Assembly (NCBI GenBank): GCA_965223845.1
Contig: CBDCXR010000001.1
Span: forward strand, 1-15,005
Length of the DNA stretch: 15,005 nucleotides
From: Planctomycetota bacterium
GTDB taxonomy: Bacteria > Planctomycetota > UBA8108 > SXIK01
Reading direction: 5' to 3'
The notes under the pieces are model-generated. The model was not told where the DNA came from. It worked only from the letters and a program-made list of their open reading frames with translations, and searched no databases. A program made the translations under genes and the position numbers. Numbering within the stretch: the first letter of the stretch is position 1; the number at the start of each line of letters is the position of its first letter. Positions 7,545-15,005 of this stretch are shown piece by piece.

Positions 7545-8879
7545 CTATTCACTTGGCCGAATAATTGGGTTAGCGATTGTTCGATACGTTGAGGGCCAGA
7601 TAACCGCCATGTCATTTGAGTGTTGATTGGGTGCCGTATATTGAAGAAATAGTAATGGAACATCTGGCCATTGATGCCACATAAATTCGGGTACGTATCC
7701 ACCCGCTGGATTCTCAATTCCGTAGGGAAAACTGTATTGTCCTGAAGTGAGTTCAATATCTGCTGACTCTAGAGCCTTAATAATTGGATCAGGGTTTAGT
7801 GAACCGGCGCGATTAATAGCATCCGCTATCAGCCTTAACGAGTCATAGGCTTCAAAGGCATAAGGTTCAGGCCACCGATCAAACACCTCCTGATATCGTT
7901 GCACGAACCGGGCGCCTTCATCAGTAATGGTAGATCGCCATGGGCCGATTCTTGGTACAACAACATAAGCACCGTCGGGTACTTGTTGCCAATACTCTTC
8001 ATGGTTCAAGGCTACTTGGTTGGCAACCAGCATGGTCTGATCATTGGGGGCAAGACCCGCTTCAATAATCTGTCGTTGTAATCCATAAGATGTCTCTCCA
8101 GTCACCTTAACTAAGATTGCATCCGGCATAATCTCAAGAGCTCGAATGGCGTTTATAACCGATGAAAAATCACCCGTTGGTAGATCAACAAAAATGACTT
8201 CTGATGTAATGCCAAATTCAGGAAACCAGGTCTCTGCTTTGTCTATTTGCCCAACGCCATACTCAGTATTTTCGGCAATAATCGCAGCTGAAATAATGCC
8301 ATTACCATTGTAATCTCCAACATCGGCTAACCATTTAGCGTCCATCTGAGCGGTAAAAGTCGAGGTTGGTGCAATGCGAAAGACTTCTGGATATCCGGAG
8401 GCAGTGATATCGTCACTGTAGGTTTCAGCAAAAATAACAGGTATACGATATTGATGGGCAACCTCCATGACCGTCAAACCAACCGCACTATGATATTCAC
8501 CAACAATCGCAACGACACAATCTTGGGTAATCAGTTGCTCCGCGACCTCTGTGCCCTCCTCTGGCAAGCCTTTTGTATCGCCAACAATTACACGTAACTG
8601 TTTTCCAAGGACACCTCCAGCGGCATTGATATCTTCAATCGCAAAATTGAATGCGGTTTGCATAACTTGACCAGCTGATGCAGCACCTGGTTCCGAAAGT
8701 GGAATTGTAACCCCTATGACGATCTCATCTTCCTCCGTCACACTAGTCGGAGCACATCGTCCTGGGATTGATATAATATCCGTTGCTCCGTCGACGTCAC
8801 GCGGCGACGCTTGGCAAGCTGAAAGAAAAAAGGCGCTCAATGTAATCCATAGTATAACAATTGCAGTTTTCACTATCAT
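7545..8879 (-). CDS. LivJ/LivK-type (type 1) ABC substrate-binding lipoprotein
   Basis: Lipobox LSAC, plus IVIGVTIPLS, EDINAAGGVLGKQL...DTKG.PE, AIVGEYHS, FRIAP, ENTEYG and AYDSLRLIADAINRAGS. GGAGG RBS upstream. Confidence 0.9.
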   Translation of the reverse strand: MIVKTAIVILWITLSAFFLSACQASPRDVDGATDIISIPGRCAPTSVTEEDEIVIGVTIPLSEPGAASAGQVMQTAFNFAIEDINAAGGVLGKQLRVIVGDTKGLPEEGTEVAEQLITQDCVVAIVGEYHSAVGLTVMEVAHQYRIPVIFAETYSDDITASGYPEVFRIAPTSTFTAQMDAKWLADVGDYNGNGIISAAIIAENTEYGVGQIDKAETWFPEFGITSEVIFVDLPTGDFSSVINAIRALEIMPDAILVKVTGETSYGLQRQIIEAGLAPNDQTMLVANQVALNHEEYWQQVPDGAYVVVPRIGPWRSTITDEGARFVQRYQEVFDRWPEPYAFEAYDSLRLIADAINRAGSLNPDPIIKALESADIELTSGQYSFPYGIENPAGGYVPEFMWHQWPDVPLLFLQYTAPNQHSNDMAVIWPSTYRTIANPIIRPSE

Positions 8880-8894
8880 TTACCTCCATATGTG

Positions 8895-8963
8895 TAGGTC
8901 AGCCGTCGCCACGATAACCTTCGTCTCAACCAGCCGTTCATCCGTCTGAATATGTTGTAGATT
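8895..8963 (-). pseudogene. Remnant of a paralogous response regulator
   Basis: Ungapped alignment to 5232-5300 gives 56/69 identical nt by hand count. It encodes NLQHIQTDERLVETKVIVATADL versus ILERIQADKRLVETKVIVASADL. Confidence 0.85.
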
Positions 8964-9028
8964 TTGGGCTAAAAAATTCATCAACTAAATTTTGTCTTGA
9001 ACAAAGTAAATAGAAGGTGTTTTTGGTC

Positions 9029-9962
9029 TCATTTCCAGGCAATACTTTCAACCGCTTGCTGTAAATCTGCTTGAGCTCCCTGAATATAGATCATCGTTGT
9101 GTCGAGCGAGTCATGCCCCATAATCTGAGCCAGACGATGAAGAGGGACTTTCTCAGCCATCCGATAGCCAAAACGATGTTCGTAAATCACGGGGTTGTAA
9201 GTTTGAAATGCCAGCTTGTTGCACATATTTATGGATGATGAACCCAATCGCTCGCTGGGTCAGCTTGTCCTTTGTTCGTTGGGAGAGAAATAGATAATCG
9301 CTCTCTGTTGACCTCGTATTGAGATATTCTTGTAACACTTTACGGACGGTTATGTTGAGCGGTACCTCTCGATACTTATTGCGCTTACCCCACACCTTCA
9401 CCTGACCACGATGCTGTCGCAGGATGACATGCTTCAGTTTTAGGTGACACACCTCACTGACCCGCAGTCCAGTATGTAACATAAAAATAATGATGGTCCG
9501 ATCCCGTAAGGTACCGCTTGTTTTCACTGCCGCAATTAGGTTCTTCTCCTCCTGGTCACTCAGACGTCGTGGGGGATGCGGTGTTTCTTTAATCAACTGT
9601 ACTTCTTGGGCTGGATTATGTAAGATCATCCCTTTCTCAGTGGCCCATGTGAAGTACTTTTTCACGCTGATCAGATAACGATTCACCGTTGCCGGCTCCC
9701 GCCCCAATTCGTGTTGCAAATAATCTCGGTAGCGGGTTAGGGTCAGGGTAGATATTTGCTCTGGTGAAAAAAGTTGGAGAAGTTCCTGCCCTTGGACCCA
9801 ACTCTCCTCACACCAAATCATAAACAGGCGAACATCACCCACATAGCCTCGAATGGTTGCCATACTTAGATCAACCTTATTACGCAAATGACATTCAAAG
9901 TGGTCAAGGGCTTGTTGCCCAGTTGTTGATAAAACCCCCTTTGGCTGTTGTTTTGTTCCCAC
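9029..9962 (-). CDS. Tyrosine recombinase/integrase (XerC/D-like), +1 frameshift near 9180
   Basis: N-terminal SAM-like core-binding segment (SMATIRGY..D; PATVNRYLIS), then RDRTII..MLHTGLRVSE and GKRNKYREVPL. PRDLR joins HRFGYRM...LAQIMGHDSLDTTMIY in ORF 9029-9247 once one extra A is removed (CGA-A-CAT). Confidence 0.9.
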
Positions 9963-9979
9963 GATAGTGCCTTTAAAAA

Positions 9980-10027
9980 ATTAACGGATATAATCGAGTG
10001 ATATTATCTTATATTATATCCGTTAAT
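9980..10027. repeat. Perfect 15-bp inverted repeat upstream of the recombinase (candidate recombination or operator site)
   Basis: ATTAACGGATATAAT (9980-9994) and ATTATATCCGTTAAT (10013-10027), with an 18-bp spacer. Each arm contains TATAAT. Confidence 0.75.
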
Positions 10028-10184
10028 ATCATTTAATGGTAGTATGCCTGGGACCTTTTTCTTAGCTCTAAATCCTTAAAATTTGCCAGGCGATGATTGT
10101 GGCTGCCGTTAAACAAACCGCTTATCCTTAGCTTTAAGAAAAATTTATCGATATGCCCAAATACGAGCAGCGAATAATATCTTG

Positions 10185-10213
10185 CTGATTAGTAAAACGT
10201 CATATAGTATAAT
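10185..10213 (+). promoter_or_regulatory. Possible sigma70 promoter for the membrane SAM-domain gene
   Basis: TATAAT at 10208-10213 in AT-rich DNA. The -35 match is weak (CTGATT at 17 bp). Confidence 0.3.
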
Positions 10214-10264
10214 TAATCAATTTTGGTAAGGGGGGTAAAGAGCATCAAGGTATTGAAACAGGTC

Positions 10265-12742
10265 ATGAACAGTGCTTACCCTACCATATTTTTGATCTCT
10301 GCCGCTATGTTAGCCTTGCAGGTGGTTCTGACCCGCTTTTTTGCCCTGGCCCAGGGACATCATTTTGCTTTTATGACCATTAGTCTGGCCCTTTTAGGAG
10401 CGGGGGGCGAGCGGAACCTATCTATCGATATGGCAGCCGACGACAGACATCTGGCGTCATCACCTACAGCGCGGGGCGATCTTATTCTCTATTTCACTTC
10501 CCATTGCCTATTTGGTCACAAATTATCTTCCCTTTGATGCCTATCGCTTAGCCTGGGAACCGAGCCAACTGCTTTATCTGAGCCTCTATTATCTGTCCCT
10601 GACCATTCCCTTTTTTTTTGGCGGGCTGGTGATCGGAATAGCGCTGTCGGTTCAGTCAGAGCGGGCAGGTTCAACTTATGCGGTCAATTTGCTGGGGTCT
10701 GGCTTGGGGCCGCCGCTGGCCCTCCTGGCCCTGGCCACGGTTGGCGGGCCGGGGGCGGTCATCTTCTGTACCTTCCTTGGTTGGTTGGCCGTGGTCGCCG
10801 CACAGGGATCAGTTATAAGGGAGGAGCGGTTTGTCAAGAGGCCAATACAACGGTGGCTAAAGATCGCCGGATATAGTGCCATTACGATAATCCTCCTCAG
10901 CCTCACCCTCTACCCCCCGTCCCTCTTTGAGGTGCGCCTCACCCCCTACAAGTCGCTGTCTCAAGCGCAGCTCTATCCCGGTAGTGAGGTTGTTTTTCGG
11001 CAATGGAACGCCATTTCACGGGTCGATGTTCTGCAAAGTGAGGGCATTCGGTCGGCCCCAGGCTTGAGTTTTACTTATCCGGATGCGCTACCCCCGCAGT
11101 TGGGCTTGGTGATAGATGGGGATAATTTGGTCCCGATGAGTGGACCTGACCAAGCCAGGTTTACCGGCTATTTACCGCTCTCGCTGGCCTTTCAATTACG
11201 CCCTCAGGCCAACACCTTAATTCTGGAGCCGGGGGGTGGCTTGGCCGTTTTAACGGCTCGAGAACATGAAGCCGGACCGATCACGGTTGTGCAAAGTAAT
11301 CCTACGGCCCTGGCTGTCGTCCGTGAGTATGCGGGTGATGATAAGGGGAAGCTATATGATGACCCTGATCTAACCCTCATTATTGGTGAACCGCGCAGTT
11401 TCTTACGCCCGAACAGCCCAGCAATATGACCTGATTATGCTGCCCTTAACCGACACCTTTCATCCGGTCACGGCTGGCGCGTATACGTTGGGGGAAGATT
11501 ATCTGTATACGGTTGAAGCCTTTAGCGACATGTTGGACCATCTGGCCCCAGACGGTTTGCTCGTGGTAGAGCGTTGGCTGCAGCTACCCCCCAGCGAGAG
11601 CCTGCGGGTGTGGGGAACCGCTGTTGAGGCGCTGCGCCAAAGTGATCTTGGGGCAGACCCGGCTGCCCATCTGCTAGCCTTGCGCACCTTGCAAACATCG
11701 CTCGTTGTCGCCTCCCGCACTCCACTTTCAGCAGGTGATCTGACAGTGGCCCATAATTTTGCGGAGGAGTTACAATTTGATCTGGTTTGGCTACCGGGTA
11801 TCCAACCGGAAAGCGTCAACCGCTTCAGCAGGGTGCCGGATGCTCCTTATTACCACACTTTTTACCGAGCTACTGACCAGCCCAGACCCCGCTGATTTTT
11901 ACAGCCGGTATAGCTATGCCGTTGCCCCGCCCACGGATGACCATCCCTTCTTTTTTCACTTTTTTAAGTGGCAACAAACCTCCGAAATTGTACAAGCGTT
12001 AGGAAAAACATGGCAGCCTTTTGGCGGCAGCGGCTACCTGGTACTCGTTGTATTACTGATCTTGGTCATCGGACTATCAGCCGGACTGATCATTTTTCCG
12101 CTACTTTGGTTAAAAGCTGAAGGCCGGCCGGCCTCCAGCCCCGCTGATCGCCAGACCTCAGCTCCTAAGCTTCGTTATCTACTTTATTTCACCTTGTTGG
12201 GTCTCGGCTTCTTGTTTGTAGAGATTCCCCTGCTGCAACAGTTCATTCTATATCTGGGGCAGCCGACCTATGCTTTTACCGTGGTTGTGGCCGCTATCTT
12301 ACTCGCTGCCGGGGTGGGCAGCAACACCCTTTCGTCGCGCTTGGCGCTGCACATCGTGTTGCCCCTAATCATTCTCTTGACCATTGCCTATCCATTTTTG
12401 TTACCCTTACTTTTTGACGCAACCCTCCGTCTACCTTTTATTGGTCGCATCGTGGTCACCGGGCTAGCATTATTTCCGTTAGGAGCGCTATTAGGTATTC
12501 CATTTCCCCAGGAGGTGGCTTTAATCGGGAAAAATGCGCCAGGTTTGGTGCCTTGGGTATGGGCGGTAAACGGCTGTGCCTCAGTAGTTAGCGCGATTTT
12601 AGCGGCGATGATTTCGCTCACCTGGGGGTTTTCCATCGTCTTATGGAGCGGGGCGCTCATGTATGGTCTGGCCGGAATGACGATCTGGATCATCCATCAC
12701 TCTCGGGTAAAGGGTACAAACCTCACCCCACCCCAGTTGTAA
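10265..12742 (+). CDS. Large membrane protein with central spermidine-synthase-like SAM-binding domain (~825 aa), split by three +1 homopolymer insertions
   Basis: N-terminal TM block (LQVVLTRFF...HHFAFMTISLALLG; YAVNLLGSGLG) and a soluble domain (WNAISRVDV, LILEPGGG, EPRSFL, YDLIML, EDYLYTVEAFSDMLDHLAPDGLL, PPTDDHPFFF). C-terminal TM block (LGLGFLFVEIPLLQQFILYLGQPTYA; GIPFP; WVWAVNGCASVVS). Removing one base each at the G-run ~10405, C-run ~11409 and T-run ~11861 restores a single frame. Confidence 0.85.
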
Positions 12743-13511
12743 CGCACAATCTCATCACCGCGTCGTTCAATCAACCACAAACTTTGATAGCCACCCGGCG
12801 GACCAATGGGAATGACCATCTTCCCGCCGTCAGCCAACTGGTTGACCAACGGTTGGGGCACATGATCGGGGGCCGCCGTCACAATAATGGCCTCAAATGG
12901 GCCGGCCTCTGCCACCCCCCGTATCCATCAGCTTGTTTGGCCTTAATTTGGTCATAGCCGAGCTGATCAAACGTGTTTTGGGCCCGTTCCGCCAGTTCCG
13001 GGATAATCTCAATCGTATAAACCTTATCTGTCAGGGCGGCCAAGATGGCCGCTTGATAGCCTGATCCAGTGCCGATCTCCAGAACACGGTCACCGGGCTG
13101 GAGGTCGATTAGTTGGCTCATCAAAGCCACGATATAAGGCTGGGAGATGGTCTGCCCATAGCCAATGGGCAGGGGATGATCATTATAAGCCTCACTGTGG
13201 TAGTCAGTCGGCACGAATTCGTGGCGCGGCACCTGGCCCATGGCAGCTAACACGGTTGTATCAGATATATCACGCCCCTTAAGTTGTTGTTCAACCATGA
13301 TCTGCCGCTGCGTCTTATATGGATCGGCCAGAGCGATGGTTGATATGGTGGTTGGGGAAGCAACGATGAGCAGCGTTGGCGTCATAGGGACCAGTGGCGT
13401 TTCCGAAGCAAGTTCGGAGGGCCTACTGTCCAAGCAAGCGGTCAGGCTACCTCCTAAGAGGAGGGTGGCCACACCCAAAATCTGCGTCAAATTTTTGGCC
13501 CACATCTGCAC
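12697..13511 (-). CDS. pcm: Protein-L-isoaspartate O-methyltransferase with N-terminal lipoprotein signal, frameshift near 12913
   Basis: MVEQQLKGRDI, VPRHEFVP, AYNDHPLPIGYGQTISQPYIVALM, VLEIGTGSGYQAAILA and ADGYGGW join EAGPFEAIIVTAAPDHVPQPLVNQLADGGKMVIPIG...VRFVPF in ORF 12697-12915. The N-terminus has a Lys, a hydrophobic stretch and LTAC (Cys26). Confidence 0.9.
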
Positions 13512-13613
13512 TATCTAGAATCCTTTCCCTAAAAAAATCACTACAAATAGCTAATTAGGCGTAAAAAGCCGGGCTGTTCCAAAATAACCGCACTACTATT
13601 GCCTACGATCAGG

Positions 13614-13993
13614 CTACCGTGCCTCCCCAAAACGCAATCCCCAGGGTCTTTCGAGGCCAACAGCGGGGATTACATTTAGACTCTGAGGAAGTTCTGTGAC
13701 CAGACTGGTGAATGTGTCTTGTTCCTGGATGGTTACATAAGCACAACACCAACCCTGTTCTGTAAAACGCTTTTCCAATTGCGTGAGAAACTCTGTTTTT
13801 CCGTACCCTGCCGGGGCGGCTAACAGATAATACGCTGGGGCATACGAAGACAGAATCTCCCTTATTTCGTCCTCACGATTGGTAAAAGGAATAGGCTGGG
13901 TTTTTGACCTTCCAAAGCTTTTCGTTTTTCAAGAAATTGTAAACAACGCCGGTAAATCTCTATCAGTTCTTGAATATGATCCGTTTCCGGCAT
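13614..13993 (-). pseudogene. Truncated STAND-like P-loop ATPase, absent from the ORF track
   Basis: GAGGA RBS and ATG 13993 give MPETDHIQELIEIYRRCLQFLEKRKALEGQ. After a frame change at the A-run near 13903 it reads IPFTNREDEIREILSSYAPAYYLLAAPAGYGKTEFL... Walker A is at 13794-13817. TAG 13614-13616 comes before any Walker B. Confidence 0.7.
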
Positions 13994-14283
13994 AAACATC
14001 CTCGCTTATTGTAAAAGGTTAGCGGCACAACAGGTTTTGTTGCTATAAGTCAATTTGGGATGATGATTATTTTGAAAACGAGAAGGATTTGAAAGACAGA
14101 GGAAGTTCTTGCGAGGTGGGGTCAAATTCGGGCAATCGAGAGCTGTTAGCAGGTGGTAACTCTTGAATGGCAGACTTATTAAAGTAGCAAGTTCTAATCT
14201 AGAAAAGGAAAAATGAGGGGAATCCCCCTTTCTCAATTATAAACCAAGTATATTGTAGATACACTGGACAAATGAACTGTTTA

Positions 14284-14307
14284 TAAACTGGTTAAGTGAC
14301 CAGTTTA
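14284..14307. promoter_or_regulatory. Palindromic operator-like site in AT-rich intergenic DNA
   Basis: TAAACTGGT-TAAGTG-ACCAGTTTA: perfect 9-bp arms with a 6-bp spacer. Confidence 0.4.
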
Positions 14308-14487
14308 AGATATGACTCCAGAGCCAAACCTTAACCGTTATCTTCCACAATCACCTCGCCCTCAACGAGATCGAGGTTATAGGACAAGCTGCCGAACCCT
14401 TTGTCCCTTCTTACAGTTCGATTCAACTACCCATGATCCTTAAATGATCTTATTATCGACGCGGTTAGAGCAAAATAATTTAGAGGA

Positions 14488-15005
14488 TCAAAGGCAATGT
14501 TTTAGACGATCAGCCAAGATTTGGACCTGAGGTTTTTGAAGATCATAGCTTTATCCCAGGGATGTCATGAAGTTCTATTTCAGCCGCCCAGTCATCCCAT
14601 CCCATATGCGGGTCATACTCATACTCGGCGGATGCCTCATCTGTGGGGTTGAAGAGGGTTATTCGTCCGGAATAGTAGCGCAAAAAGGATGGGGTTTCGG
14701 GGGCTGATCTTGACTGTTGAGCAGAATTAGGAATAAACCTCCGAGTCATTCGCCGGACTCTATTGCCGACAAGCCTTAACAGGTATGTTATTTTTTTCCT
14801 TAGCGGAGTGTTTGAGAAATTTATCGAGATGGTCACGCGCCCTCTGGCCAAAACTTGGCAATCGTTTACGGATAGAACCTGATAAATAGGCATAAATGAT
14901 AGCTACCAGATCAACCGTCTGGCCTTGAGCCTGAAGTTGGTGGGCCATAGCAAAAGCGACTTCACCGCCATAGCAAAAACCAGCCAGCAGGTAAGGCCCC
15001 CTCCG
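14488..15005 (-). CDS. C-terminal thioesterase domain of NRPS/PKS type (gene starts beyond window), several frameshifts
   Basis: GPYLLAGFCYGGEVAFAMAHQLQAQGQTVDLVAII, then YSGRITLF...DPHMGWDDWAAEIELHDIPG, and after further shifts MIF..PQVQILADRLKHCL. The 3' end is approximate. Confidence 0.8.

Noticed and set aside
5584-8949. Small ORFs overlapping the kinase and SBP (5584-5802, 5703-6002, 6212-6406, 7517-7756, 7899-8081, 8716-8949)
   Set aside because: Alternative-frame or antisense shadows of intact genes.
9980-10027. Chromosomal dif site
   Set aside because: Only loose ATAAT/ATTAT resemblance. It lacks the TTATGTTAAAT XerD arm and the 6-bp spacer geometry.
10400-10410. Phase-variable poly-G tract in the SAM-domain gene
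   Set aside because: The run is only 6 G, and similar single-base indels occur throughout the window, so error is more likely.
14120-14235. Hairpins TCGAGAG...CTCTTGA and AGGGG-AATC-CCCCT as a riboswitch, ncRNA or terminator
   Set aside because: No recognisable family motif and the stems are short or imperfect. An Rfam scan would be needed.
14312-14447. Possible plus-strand coding remnant (MTPEP.../LTVIFHNHLALNEIEVIGQAAEPFVPSY...LPMILK)
   Set aside because: Too short, needs a frameshift, and cannot be assigned to a family without a search.
14944-14978. 12-bp direct repeat GCCATAGCAAAA, 23 bp apart
   Set aside because: Two copies only, within conserved thioesterase coding sequence. Likely chance.
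1-15005. CRISPR arrays, tRNA, rRNA and IS transposases
   Set aside because: No regularly spaced repeats, cloverleaf or rRNA-like segments, or DDE transposase motifs seen by eye.

Overview
This 15-kb window looks like an accessory, partly decaying region of a bacterial genome. Gene content and style suggest Chloroflexota/Anaerolineae (inference). Several recognisable genes are broken by 1-2 bp indels, which probably include long-read errors. From left to right: (1) the 3' part of a MalT-type TPR/LuxR regulator, then a palindrome-bearing promoter and a cluster of DUF4386-like protein, small conserved protein and second DUF4386-like protein; (2) an antisense, ORF-less 5' remnant of a group II intron and a PIG-L/MshB-type deacetylase with two internal deletions; (3) a minus-strand operon of a LivJ/K-type solute-binding lipoprotein with no ABC permease, a MASE3-like/PAS histidine kinase, a single-domain response regulator and a CDP-alcohol phosphatidyltransferase, preceded by a 69-bp remnant of a paralogous response regulator; (4) a tyrosine recombinase with a perfect 15-bp inverted repeat upstream; (5) a large membrane protein with a spermidine-synthase-like SAM domain, convergent and overlapping with a protein-L-isoaspartate O-methyltransferase that carries a lipoprotein signal peptide, the best candidate for an undescribed system; (6) an unannotated truncated STAND-like P-loop ATPase and the end of an NRPS/PKS-type thioesterase domain with an altered catalytic triad.
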